This document shows positions 29,244-39,008 of a stretch of 64,000 nucleotides of DNA, one piece after another. Origin of the DNA: an uncultured delta proteobacterium (GTDB lineage: Bacteria > Desulfobacterota > Desulfomonilia > UBA1062). Where the stretch lies: positions 96,001 through 160,000 of the forward strand of contig CAVVYZ010000001.1 in assembly GCA_963752595.1 (NCBI GenBank), in the 5' to 3' direction. The translations under genes and the position numbers were made by a program. Every line of letters starts with the position of its first letter. The stretch's first letter is position 1. Below the pieces are notes generated by a model that had not been told where the DNA came from, did not search any database, and saw only the letters and a list, made by a program, of their open reading frames with translations.

Positions 29244-30029
29244 TCAGCCGCTTATCTCAATGGTTCCCTTCATGTAGAGTGCTGCCCGGCCCGAGATCGC
29301 AACCCGCCCGCTCATGTTGCGGCAGAATATCTCGCCGCCTCGTCTGGAGATCTGGCGGGCATAGAGGTCGTCTTTCCCGAGCCTTTCAGCCCAGTAGGGT
29401 ATGAGGGCGCAGTGGGCAGAGCCCGTGACCGGGTCTTCGGGGATGCCGAGAGCCGGAGCGAAAAAACGGGAGACAAAATCCGCATCACTCCCCGGGGCGG
29501 TCACGATGACCCCCCGTAAGTCGAGGGAGCCCAGCCCGGCCATATCAGGGTTCAGACTCCTGACGTCTTCCTCGTTTTCATACACAACAAAATAATCTTC
29601 AGAGCTTAAAACCTTCCTGGGGGTTCTTCCGAGGCTCGAGATGAGCGCAGGAGGGGCCTTGCAGGGAGCAGGAGGCTGGGAAGGAAAATCCATGGTGAGC
29701 ATCTCTCGGCTGCGGGCCACTCTCAAGGGGCCGCTTCTCGATGCAAAGCTCACCTGGAGGCCGGTTTTGTTGATGAAGGTAAAGAACACGAAGGCAGATG
29801 CAAGGGTTGCATGGCCGCACAGGTCTACCTCTGCCGCAGGGGTGAACCAGCGGATCCGGTAGCTGTCGCCCTCGGGAACAAAGAAGGCGGTCTCCGAGAG
29901 ATTGTTCTCGGATGCGATTTTCTGCATGAGATCATCGGGGAGCCACTCCCGGAGTGGGCACACGGCAGCAGGATTGCCTGAGAACACATGACCCGTGAAT
30001 GCATCGACCTGATAAATAGGTATTTCCAT
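29244..30029 (-). CDS. PhzF family isomerase
   Basis: QVDAFT...GNPAAV, NLSETAF, EVDLCGHATLA, EDPVTGSAH. Confidence 0.93.
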   Translation of the reverse strand: MEIPIYQVDAFTGHVFSGNPAAVCPLREWLPDDLMQKIASENNLSETAFFVPEGDSYRIRWFTPAAEVDLCGHATLASAFVFFTFINKTGLQVSFASRSGPLRVARSREMLTMDFPSQPPAPCKAPPALISSLGRTPRKVLSSEDYFVVYENEEDVRSLNPDMAGLGSLDLRGVIVTAPGSDADFVSRFFAPALGIPEDPVTGSAHCALIPYWAERLGKDDLYARQISRRGGEIFCRNMSGRVAISGRAALYMKGTIEISG

Positions 30030-30448
30030 ACCCGGCGCTCATCCTTTTATTTCAGAGTCGTTTCCTGCATAAAAGACAGGCATTACCAATGTTTCAGTGA
30101 ATCATAATGGGTAATTGGGAAACCAATGTCAATGTCGATATTGAAAGCCCGGGAAGGGAAGATATTGATATATGTATCGCTCCCTCTGGCCGGCATGCCG
30201 GAGGAACTCAGGAATTAGCTGGATGGAGCGTTTGATTGCAGGTTCTCTTGTATCCAGGCATGCAAGCATTCGGGCTAAATGGGAATAAAAATACCTCTGA
30301 TGGGTAAATCAGGTTCCATTTCTCATGATAGATGAAAGGGATCTATTAAGCAAACTATTGAAATGGTTGAAGAAATGATATGGCATATGGCTTGCTGAAA
30401 AAAAGAAGGTGCGCTGCTCCCGGCACAGGATAAAGGGCACAGAATATA

Positions 30449-30742
30449 ATGAGTAAACAGGATGGCACCATGTTTTTTGATGATTTCGCTGCACGTAAGA
30501 CAGAGAGAGAAGTTCGGGAAAAACCCGAGATCCAGGAGCTCATCGATGTAAAGAACAGGCTCATCTCCGAGCACCCGAACCTGAAAGCAACCCAGGATGA
30601 GATCGACAGACTGATGAGCACGACCCTGGACCCACGTATTCGTCTTGAGATCCTCTTCATGCTCATCACAGAGAAGCTGGACGTAATGAGGGGCATATTC
30701 GAGGAAGTAGCTCGGCTGGCGGATCAGGCCTTACCGGAATAA
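30449..30742 (+). CDS. Hypothetical helical protein
   Basis: 97-aa ORF with coding-like composition filling the gap between neighbours. Confidence 0.6.
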   Translation: MSKQDGTMFFDDFAARKTEREVREKPEIQELIDVKNRLISEHPNLKATQDEIDRLMSTTLDPRIRLEILFMLITEKLDVMRGIFEEVARLADQALPE

Positions 30743-30819
30743 TGCGGTTGAACCGCTTTAAGGCAGGTTTTTAAGCCCGACACCAATCTCTTGTGAAAGA
30801 TGAACTTTGCAGGGGAATC

Positions 30820-31602
30820 TTATGTATCCGGCCTCATGCCGGCCTTCATCCATCGTTCGATGGAATTATACCAGGACCGGGGGATGAGGTCATTCGGCCT
30901 CTCATCAGGAATAAGGCTCCCCTGGCCCACGAGCACATCTAGGGCATGGCCGGTGATGAGCTTGTTGTAGTCCCAGCGCTTGAGCACACCGGGGAAGGAC
31001 TCCTTCAGGAGCGAGACGAATCCTTTCAGGACATCATCCCTTTGATCCCCTTTTGCCTCAACCTCCAGCTCGTAGTGAAGGAACCTTTTTTCTCCTATCT
31101 CGTAACATACCTTGTCCAGGGCCATTTCGCCTATGACATTGCGATCGTCTTCGCTTTCCGGGACGATATCGAAAAGCACCCTTGAGGTCTGCCTTAACTG
31201 GATCACGAAGAGCGACAATCCCTCCAGCGTCCCGGCAGGGTCGCTTCCATGAAAGGACCCTTTAACATAGTGAAGGACGCCTGCTTCGCGTGCGATCTGC
31301 TCCAGGGTCTGCTCCGACCACGGGCCCTCGATTTCCAGTCGGCGAATTCCTCCCCATGCATTCGTCCGTTCCTTGCCCTTGAGGCAGAGGAGCCTGTCTC
31401 TGCCGTGCGTTCTGAGGCGCAGGGCGTAGCCCTTTTTCTTTAAAGCTGAATCCGGCGTATCGACGTACTGATCGTGAATCACCAGGTTTCCTCGAGAAAC
31501 GAGCGTGTAGGGTCCGATGGACCGGAGAGCGGAAATATCGCGGAATACGGCTTCCGGGTCTTCTGAATCGACCCGTACGGTTACTTCAAACTCCTCGGCC
31601 AT
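30820..31602 (-). CDS. CYTH domain protein
   Basis: EEFEV N-terminus, DQYVDT, ALRLR, LKG, ELEVE. Confidence 0.8.
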   Translation of the reverse strand: MAEEFEVTVRVDSEDPEAVFRDISALRSIGPYTLVSRGNLVIHDQYVDTPDSALKKKGYALRLRTHGRDRLLCLKGKERTNAWGGIRRLEIEGPWSEQTLEQIAREAGVLHYVKGSFHGSDPAGTLEGLSLFVIQLRQTSRVLFDIVPESEDDRNVIGEMALDKVCYEIGEKRFLHYELEVEAKGDQRDDVLKGFVSLLKESFPGVLKRWDYNKLITGHALDVLVGQGSLIPDERPNDLIPRSWYNSIERWMKAGMRPDT

Positions 31603-31627
31603 GGGTCCTCATCCCTTTTGCATTCTC

Positions 31628-32341
31628 TCAAGCAGCCGGCGGGCGCTCGCCTGTAATGATCGCGACCGTATCGAACATGAAATAATGGAAGGCGACTTTC
31701 GTAAAGCCGGCTGATTCCATGATCCCGGCCAGTTCCCGGGGCGTCTTGAATGCCTGTATGGATTCCGGCAGGTAGCGGTACGCATCCCACTGCCTGCTCA
31801 CCATCCCTCCCAGGAAGGTGATTCCTATTTTGAAGTACAGGTATATGAGCGGTTTCATGGCATGGTACTTCGGCGGGCAGGTATCCAGGCAGACCACCCG
31901 GCCGCCCGGCTTGACGACCCTGAGCTGCTCCTGGAAAGCCTTTTCCACATCCGGTGCATTGCGCATCAGAAAGCCGGAGGTAACTGCATCGAAGCATTTG
32001 TCTCCAAAGGGCAGTTCCAGGGCATCGCCGTTTACCCACAGGATATCCCGCCCGGTAGCCTGGGCCTTGCCCACCTTCATCATATCCGGAGTGAGGTCCA
32101 GGGCCGCCACCCGGATGCCCGGGTCCGATGATTTTGCCTCAAGCGCTATCTTGCCCGTGCCTGCACCCGCGTCCAGGAGGATCCCGCCCCGGGGGACAGC
32201 TGCATATTTCAAGACAAGGCTGCGCCAGTGTCTGTCGCGTCCGAAGCTCATCAGGGTGTTAAGGAGGTCATAATGCCTGGAGATGCGGCTGAACATCCCC
32301 TGTATGGTTGCATTCCAGTCAGGCCTTTGTTTGTCTATCAT
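31628..32341 (-). CDS. UbiE/MenG family quinone methyltransferase
   Basis: MFSRISRHYDLLNTLMSFG, LDAGAGTG, GDALELPF, AYRYLPESI. Confidence 0.88.
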   Translation of the reverse strand: MIDKQRPDWNATIQGMFSRISRHYDLLNTLMSFGRDRHWRSLVLKYAAVPRGGILLDAGAGTGKIALEAKSSDPGIRVAALDLTPDMMKVGKAQATGRDILWVNGDALELPFGDKCFDAVTSGFLMRNAPDVEKAFQEQLRVVKPGGRVVCLDTCPPKYHAMKPLIYLYFKIGITFLGGMVSRQWDAYRYLPESIQAFKTPRELAGIMESAGFTKVAFHYFMFDTVAIITGERPPAA

Positions 32342-32477
32342 ATCAATACCTCTACCGGAGTTTTACCATTTCAAGAATCCATAGCAAAAAAGCTTTACCC
32401 CTGTAAAGGGAAGAGATATCTTTAAAGGCCCGCTATGGAGGACTTTAAGGGAAGGAGCTTTGGTCACAGGTGCAAGG

Positions 32478-33401
32478 ATGAAGACGATTATCGACGCACA
32501 TACCCATCTCGGGGATATCCTCTTTGAAGGAGGAGGCAGGCTCATCATGCAAAGGGGGGTGAGGAAGAGGCTCATCCTCGATCCTTTTCTGCTCTCGGAG
32601 ATGCTCGCATACCGGTGGTGTCTGCCGGATACGGTGTTCTGCTTCCTGTTCCCCGGGCTGGCGACAAAGGTGCAGCATGCCCGCAACGCACTGGGCACCT
32701 ATGAGAATTTCCGCTCCTCCATGGATGAGGCGGGAGTCGGGCGCAGCGTGTGTATGCCCATCCCTCCGTATGTGACGTTCGAGGATCTCCTGCCTGTCCA
32801 TGAGAAAGACCCGACGATTATCCCGTTTACGGGCATAGATTTCACCAGGAAGTATGACCTGGCAGCATCTTTGGCCCGGGATGTCGAAAGGGGGGCCAGG
32901 GGAATCAAGCTCCATCCTATTATCCAGCGTGTTTCCCTGGATTCCGGGAAAACCTTCGAGGCAGTGGATGCCTTTGCATCCCACGGGCTGCCCGTGCTCT
33001 TCCACTGCGGGGTCACTTCCTACTTTTACGGCCCGGACAGAAGGCGGGAAGTCCCCCATTACGGTAATGTTTCCCATGCGGCAGAACTCGTACGGGCCTT
33101 TCCCAAAGTGAACTTCATTGCAGGCCATGCGGGCCTGGAAGAAGTGAACGATGTGGTCAGTGCCCTCTCAAAATTTTCCAATGCATACGTGGACATCTCG
33201 TTCCAGAGCCCCCGGATCATCAAAGGCCTCATGCAGGCCTTCGGGCCGGAACGCGTCCTGTTCGCATCCGACTGGCCCTGGGGAAGCAGGCATGCCTCGA
33301 TGCGCGCGGTGCGAGCCGCCTGCAATGGAGACAAAAGGATCGAAGAAAGGATATTCTGCTCGAATGCAGCCTCGCTGATGAACATCTCTCCGGACGGATA
33401 A
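32478..33401 (+). CDS. Amidohydrolase family 2 protein
   Basis: IDAHTH, GIKLHP, VLFHCG, AGHAG, LFASDWP. Confidence 0.88.
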   Translation: MKTIIDAHTHLGDILFEGGGRLIMQRGVRKRLILDPFLLSEMLAYRWCLPDTVFCFLFPGLATKVQHARNALGTYENFRSSMDEAGVGRSVCMPIPPYVTFEDLLPVHEKDPTIIPFTGIDFTRKYDLAASLARDVERGARGIKLHPIIQRVSLDSGKTFEAVDAFASHGLPVLFHCGVTSYFYGPDRRREVPHYGNVSHAAELVRAFPKVNFIAGHAGLEEVNDVVSALSKFSNAYVDISFQSPRIIKGLMQAFGPERVLFASDWPWGSRHASMRAVRAACNGDKRIEERIFCSNAASLMNISPDG

Positions 33402-33531
33402 TGTCTTTGCAGGGAAAGATACATCCTTGACATACGAAAGCCGAAATCGATGAAACCATCGGTCCCCCGGCGGCCCGGGCTCATCCCGATGGATCACTGC
33501 ACCGGGAAACCGGCACGGGAAAAGTAGTATT

Positions 33532-33551
33532 CCATTGATGCATATCAATGG
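33532..33551. promoter_or_regulatory. FNR/Dnr-type palindrome
   Basis: CCATTGAT-GCAT-ATCAATGG contains an exact TTGAT-N4-ATCAA. Confidence 0.55.
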
Positions 33552-33717
33552 GGATGAGCATCTGTTGGTGCATAATCCCTCTCTAAAGAGAAGACGCTCT
33601 TTTTAGAACACGAAAAAGGGGGACGGAATATTCCAGGAGGGATGATATGGATACAACCGGTTTCGTGTAGGATTTTTGATAAAGTGAGATGCGCACGCAT
33701 CTAAAGGAGTAAAGCGA

Positions 33718-33873
33718 ATGTACGACATACTGATCTTTCTCGCCGTCATAGGGCTCTGGTTTTTTCTCCAGACATGGCTCCTGCCTAAATTCGGAGTAAA
33801 GACCTGAATGAGCCCGGCCTGTCCGGTCGGGGACAGGGAAAAGAAACCCAAAAAAGAAGGTAAGGAACCTTAG
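33718..33873 (+). CDS. Candidate small membrane selenoprotein (51 aa with UGA read-through)
   Basis: AAGGAG RBS; MYDILIFLAVIGLWFFLQTWLLPKFGVKT-TGA(33805-33807)-MSPACPVGDREKKPKKEGKEP-TAG; hairpin CCTGTCC-GGTCGG-GGACAGG begins 11 nt after the TGA. Confidence 0.65.
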
Positions 33874-34196
33874 CGTCAGGGATTGAGGGGGATGCCCGTA
33901 CAACATCAACGGCCCCCCCCATGCCCTGTTGAAAAGAGCTAATCTATGGCAACTATTGAATCCGAGGGCTCTATTATTATCTATACATTAAATTCGAATA
34001 TATAAGGCTTGAATAGCTGGGAAAAACAATTGATGACATGTGGTTTATACTCATCAGATGTCCTTTGAATATGGGCCTTCAATTTCTCCTTTTCTTACCT
34101 TACGGAATAATATAATAATCCTAGAGTGTAGTGTGTGAAGTAACGCCTTTTCGGGCCGTATTCACTGTAGTGTATTATTAGCTGAGAGTTAGGGGC

Positions 34197-34721
34197 ATGG
34201 ATAAAGCTCAATCAATTAAATCGGTCGGAAGTATTTTTTCCAACGGTACGGTAGATTTACCTGAAGCCCCGGGGGTATATGCATTTTGGTGGATTGCTGA
34301 AAAAAGCATATTGATGAGCTCAAATAGACACATCGTGCTCAAGGGTCCGGGCGAACGACCTGTCGATGTCGAATTTATGGATTGGTGGCCGCAGGAAATA
34401 GAATTCCCATGCCTATACGTGGGAAAGTCTACAAACTTAAAGAAAAGATTTTCATTACACATAAAAAGGAACTGTGCCGGTCGTCTTCATGTGATATCTG
34501 GAACGAACGAAAAGCAAAAACCGGTGACAACTTCGTGTCAGCTCAGGTACGGAATCGAACATATATTCAAAAATACCCCGGATCCGTTGAGGATTATCTT
34601 CAGCTCTGTTGGATTTTCGTATAGTCGGTTCTCAGTAAAGGATATCGCCGAAAGGTTTTTTATGGAAGACAGGCTGATTGGAACATGGAAGCCTTGGCTC
34701 AATGTTGATTCAGAACGATAG
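34197..34721 (+). CDS. GIY-YIG nuclease family protein
   Basis: PEAPGVYAFW...LYVGKSTNLKKRF...H, late E...N; low GC. Confidence 0.75.
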   Translation: MDKAQSIKSVGSIFSNGTVDLPEAPGVYAFWWIAEKSILMSSNRHIVLKGPGERPVDVEFMDWWPQEIEFPCLYVGKSTNLKKRFSLHIKRNCAGRLHVISGTNEKQKPVTTSCQLRYGIEHIFKNTPDPLRIIFSSVGFSYSRFSVKDIAERFFMEDRLIGTWKPWLNVDSER

Positions 34722-34817
34722 CTGCGTTTAAAGAATCACTCACGGGTTTGTGGCGGCTCTGCGCCCTTTATTCAAAACCAATAAGGATCACAGGGCTTAC
34801 GGGGACAGAAACCGGAA

Positions 34818-35310
34818 ATGGCAGCAAAAGAAGCAACAGCACGCATTAAGATCAACAAGCTGCTCGAAGCTGCGGGCCGGCGGTTTTTTGCAGAGGGCAA
34901 GACCCCTGCAAACATACGGCTTGAACCCGGCGTCATCATCAAATCGGCCGACCTTGACGCTTTCGGTGAAAACTTCGAGAAGACACAGAAAGGGTTTATC
35001 GATTTCCTTCTCCTCAACGAGAAAGGCTTCCCGTTCATTGTCCTCGAAGCCAAGGCCGAAGATAAAAATCCGCTCATCGGCAAGGAACAGGCCCGCAAGT
35101 ATGCACGCTCTCAGAGTTGCCCAAAAGACGGTCTCTCTGACTTCTCTGAGAAATTTCATAATCCCCCTACCGCCCTTCGAAACCCAGCAACAAATAGTCG
35201 CAGAGATCGAGGCCGAGCAGGCCCTCGTCGCAGCAAACCGTGAACTGATCGAGCGCTTCGAGAAAAGGATCCAGGCAACCATTGCCCGGGTCTGGGGAGA
35301 AGAGTTATGA
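34818..35310 (+). pseudogene. Collapsed type I restriction-modification remnant: hsdR 5' fragment joined to an hsdS-like 3' fragment
   Basis: MAAKEATARIKINKLLEAAG...IDFLL...VLEAK...GKEQARKYA (HsdR N-terminus) stops near 35118. Another frame then gives IPLPPFETQQQIVAEIEAEQALVAANRELI (HsdS conserved region). Confidence 0.75.
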
Positions 35311-36326
35311 GCAAAGATCTGACCAACTCATCCGTCCATCGCCAGAACATCCTCAACAACCCTTATGCACTCCGGGAGATCGAGAAGGCGGCGCGGATCA
35401 CCGGTATCCCCTTCGAGGGGAAGACCGTTGTGCTCAAGGAGCAGGTGGCCGCATTTTTCGAGGTCACTCCCCGCACGGTGGACAATTACATCGAGAAATA
35501 TAGCGACGAGCTTCGCCGGAACGGGTACGAGGTGTTGCGCGGCAAACGCCTAAAAGCATTGAAGGAAGCGATTTCCGAGATGGGTGGTAACGAAACGGAT
35601 TTCGTTACCAAAACCACCGTGCTCGGCATCTTCGACTTCCGGGCTTTCCTGAACCTGGCCATGCTCATGGTGGAGAGCGAGCGGGCGCGGCTGCTGCGGC
35701 AGCTCATCCTGGATATCGTTATCGACACCATCAATCGACGCACCGGCGGGGGCACCAAGTATATCAACCAGCGGGACGAGGATTTCCTGCAATCCTGGTT
35801 CGAGGAAGAAAACTACCGCAAGCAGTTCACCGATGCCCTGCGAGATTGCGTGGACATGGGCAACTTCAAGTACCCTCTCTACACCGACAAAATCTATGTG
35901 AGCATCTTCCGGGAGAAAGCGACCGTGTACCGCAAGGTGCTGCGGCTGCATGAAAAGGATAAGGTGCGGGATACATTTTATGCCGAGATCCTCGATCTGG
36001 TGGCCTCGTATGAATGCGGCTTTGCCGATGTGCTGCGCAGGGCCTTTGCCGGGAAAGGACACAAGCTTAGTTCCTGGGAGGTGGATGCACTCTTCGCCGA
36101 TTTTGAACAGCAGGCCCACTGGAGGCCGTTGATCGAGAAAGCCCGGAATAAAATGGCAAGCCGCAATCTCGCCTTCCGGGATGCGTTGCACAAGCAGTTG
36201 ACAGAGTACGTCACGCCTGTGAGGAGGGAGGATTTCGAACGCTTTCTCGGCGAGAAGAGCAAGGAGTTGGCCGAACGCCTGGAGGATGCCAAAGACGTTA
36301 TGAAACGGCTCAAGGAGCGCGAGTAG
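35307..36326 (+). CDS. Uncharacterised DNA-binding protein
   Basis: 339-aa ORF overlapping the hsdS remnant stop; HTH-like KEQVAAFFEVTPRTVDNY; coupled to the doc gene. Confidence 0.7.
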   Translation: MSKDLTNSSVHRQNILNNPYALREIEKAARITGIPFEGKTVVLKEQVAAFFEVTPRTVDNYIEKYSDELRRNGYEVLRGKRLKALKEAISEMGGNETDFVTKTTVLGIFDFRAFLNLAMLMVESERARLLRQLILDIVIDTINRRTGGGTKYINQRDEDFLQSWFEEENYRKQFTDALRDCVDMGNFKYPLYTDKIYVSIFREKATVYRKVLRLHEKDKVRDTFYAEILDLVASYECGFADVLRRAFAGKGHKLSSWEVDALFADFEQQAHWRPLIEKARNKMASRNLAFRDALHKQLTEYVTPVRREDFERFLGEKSKELAERLEDAKDVMKRLKERE

Positions 36327-36328
36327 CC

Positions 36329-36784
36329 GTGCCGATCCTCTACCTCACACTCGATCAGGCCATCGAAATACACCGCAAGACAGTAGAGATCAGCGGAGGA
36401 GGAGCCATGGGGCATCTGGAGCTGGGCAAGCTGGACAGCGTGCTCGCTCACATCCGGAATGACGATTACTATCCGACTTTCGCAGACAAACTCACGCACC
36501 TCTTTTTCTGCGCCTGCAAATTCCATTGTTTTGAAGACGGCAACAAGCGCATAGCCATCACCCTGAGCGCCCAGATGCTGCTCCAGAACGGCTATCTCTA
36601 CTGCGCCGATCACTTTCTCCGAGAGATGGAAAACATCAGCTACCACGTCGCTGCCGGAAGAATCGGCAAAGAACTGCTGGGCGAGATTATCGAGGCCTGC
36701 CTGAATGGAGAGATGGATTCTGAGCCGCTCAAACTGAAAATTCTCGAAGCCATCTCCAGGGAAGATCCACAGGCACAGGGGTAA
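36329..36784 (+). CDS. Doc/Fic family protein
   Basis: HCFEDGNKR Doc-type Fido motif; YLTLDQAIEIH N-terminus. Confidence 0.88.
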   Translation: MPILYLTLDQAIEIHRKTVEISGGGAMGHLELGKLDSVLAHIRNDDYYPTFADKLTHLFFCACKFHCFEDGNKRIAITLSAQMLLQNGYLYCADHFLREMENISYHVAAGRIGKELLGEIIEACLNGEMDSEPLKLKILEAISREDPQAQG

Positions 36785-36911
36785 AGTATTATGGATGATG
36801 CATAACCAATTCTGGAATACTTGCCGGTCTCCTTCAAGACACCAAAGGAGTTCCTTTTTGCTTCGCCGGGATTATATTGTCAGATAATAACAGTATATAC
36901 CGGAGGAGCGT

Positions 36912-37784
36912 ATGATTATCGACTGCCACTATCATCTGGAGGAGAGGGTATTCACCAAGGCCGAGCTTCTGAAGGAAATGGACAGGGCAGGTGTGGAGAA
37001 GATCGCACTCATGGGGTCCATGATCGAGCCTTTCCCGGAACCGCCCAAGTTTCTGCTGGGAATCCTCCAGAAATTCCTGGAAAGCAGACGGATGAGAGTG
37101 CTGGGCAAGCTCCTGATATCCAATTTCACCCCGCAGGGCGATATCAAGATACTCGGGCATCCGTATCACATCGTGCAGGACCCTGAGAACGGCCCTGTCT
37201 TCGATGCGGTCAGCGGAAATCCGGGGCGCTTCCTCGGATGGGTGTTCGTCAATCCCAGGGGGAAGAAAAATCAGGTTGAAGAGCTGAATATGTACAAGGA
37301 CATGCCCGGATTCATCGGGGTGAAGGCCCATCCTTTCTGGCATCATTTTACCCCTGTTGAGCTGCTGCCCGTAGCAAAGACCCTGGCTGATATGGGCAAG
37401 CCTTTGCTCATTCACCGGGGGTTCGGTGAAGAGGGAGACATCAGCGGTCTTCTCCGCGAGGCGCCGGGGTTAAAGCTTATCCTCGCCCATACCGGATTCC
37501 CGGATTACTCGGATATGTGGAAGGAAGCTTCTTCATTCACGAATGTATATTTCGACCTTTCCCAGACCTCATACGTCAGCGAAAAATCCACCAGAGAGAT
37601 TATCACATACCTCGGCCCCGACAGGCTTCTCTTCGGGACCGACGGTCCCTATGGGTTCCATGACGAGCACGGCAGGTATGACTACGGCTTCATCAAGCGC
37701 AGGATAGAGATGCTCTTTCCCCAGGAAAACATCAGGAGAAAGCTCCTGGGAGAGAATTTCGCCGGGCTCGTCGGAACGGTATAA
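36912..37784 (+). CDS. Amidohydrolase family 2 protein
   Basis: IDCHYH, GVKAHP, LIHRG, LAHTG, LFGTDGP. Confidence 0.88.
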   Translation: MIIDCHYHLEERVFTKAELLKEMDRAGVEKIALMGSMIEPFPEPPKFLLGILQKFLESRRMRVLGKLLISNFTPQGDIKILGHPYHIVQDPENGPVFDAVSGNPGRFLGWVFVNPRGKKNQVEELNMYKDMPGFIGVKAHPFWHHFTPVELLPVAKTLADMGKPLLIHRGFGEEGDISGLLREAPGLKLILAHTGFPDYSDMWKEASSFTNVYFDLSQTSYVSEKSTREIITYLGPDRLLFGTDGPYGFHDEHGRYDYGFIKRRIEMLFPQENIRRKLLGENFAGLVGTV

Positions 37785-37807
37785 TCAAGCCTTGGCAGGC
37801 CAAAATC

Positions 37808-38821
37808 TCAGAGCTGCCTTCCGGTTGCCTCCACGAAGGGTTTCAACTCGGCCATGAGGCGTGAGAACTGATCGGGGTAAAGGGACTGATGGCCGTCCGA
37901 CAGTGCCTGCGTCGGATCGCAGTGGACTTCGAGCAGGATGCCGTCTGCCCCGCAGGCGACCGCTGCCTTGGACATGGGCCCGACATACTCCCGCACGCCG
38001 GTGCCGTGGGATGGGTCCACGATGACCGGGAGGTGGCTGTGCTGTTTGATGAATGGAATGGCAGTGAGATCGAGGGTGTTGCGCGTTGCGGTTTCAAAGG
38101 TGCGGATGCCCCGCTCGCACAGGATCACGTTCGGGTTTCCCTCTGAAAGGATGTACTCCGCGGCCAGGAGCAGATCTTCCAGGGTTGCGGACATGCCCCG
38201 CTTCAGGATCACGGGTTTCTGGCTTTTGCCTAAGGCCTTGAGCAGCCGGAAGTTCTGCATGTTGCGGGCGCCCACCTGGAACGCCGAGGCATACTGCTCC
38301 ACGAGAGGCACGTCCTGGGTTTCAACGACCTCGGTCACTGCAGGCATTCCGGTTGCAGTTGCGACCTCGTGCAGGATCTTCAGGCCTTCTTCACCCAGGC
38401 CCTGGAAACTGTACGGGCTCGACCTGGGCTTGTAGGCGCCGCCCCTTAAGCAGTGTGCGCCTGCCTTTTTCACGGCCGATGCGGTATCGTGCATCTGCTC
38501 ACGGCTCTCCACTGCGCACGGCCCGGCAATGACCGTGAATCTTCCGCCCCCCACCGGCACGCCTCCGATATCCACTATCGTGCCCGAGGGGCGTATGTCT
38601 CTGCTCACGAGTTTGTACGGGGTGAGAACCGGTGTTATCCGTTCTACGATCGGATGGCTTTCCAGGTGGAGCCGGCCCAGCTCCCGTTCGTCTCCGATGG
38701 CACCCAGCACCGTGCGCTCGGTGCCCGGCATGAAGAGGGGCTTCAGACCTACGGATTCGATCCTCTGCAGTATCTCGTCCGCCTGCTGCTTTGTCGAACC
38801 TGGTTTCAGAACGATAATCAT
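37808..38821 (-). CDS. aroF: DAHP synthase type I-beta with N-terminal ACT domain
   Basis: IAGPCAVES, GGAYKPRSSPYSFQGLG, GARNMQNF, LCERGIRTF, VDPSHGTG. Confidence 0.93.
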   Translation of the reverse strand: MIIVLKPGSTKQQADEILQRIESVGLKPLFMPGTERTVLGAIGDERELGRLHLESHPIVERITPVLTPYKLVSRDIRPSGTIVDIGGVPVGGGRFTVIAGPCAVESREQMHDTASAVKKAGAHCLRGGAYKPRSSPYSFQGLGEEGLKILHEVATATGMPAVTEVVETQDVPLVEQYASAFQVGARNMQNFRLLKALGKSQKPVILKRGMSATLEDLLLAAEYILSEGNPNVILCERGIRTFETATRNTLDLTAIPFIKQHSHLPVIVDPSHGTGVREYVGPMSKAAVACGADGILLEVHCDPTQALSDGHQSLYPDQFSRLMAELKPFVEATGRQL

Positions 38822-39008
38822 GGGCTCTCATCCTTTCTTGTCTTCCCCCCCCCTGTAACTATACAGGAGCGGGACAAGCTTTATTTGTGTTTCTATAAAT
38901 AGTAACATAAAAACCCGGCAGAGGAAACTACCAAATCCATTTCATTCATGACCGGAGGCAGGTGATCATCAAAAAAAGGCACCCCTTGCAGGCAGTCATG
39001 GCATTTCT

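Noticed and set aside
29244-30029. Phenazine biosynthesis
   Set aside because: Stand-alone PhzF-like gene with no other phz genes; aroF is distant and of the housekeeping type.
34135-34197. attC site before the GIY-YIG gene
   Set aside because: GTTAGGG is present, but there is no matching RYYYAAC or L-box pairing and no integrase in the window.
34750-35310. 186-aa ORF treated as an intact gene
   Set aside because: Its first two thirds is an off-frame reading of the hsdR fragment; only the tail is HsdS-like.
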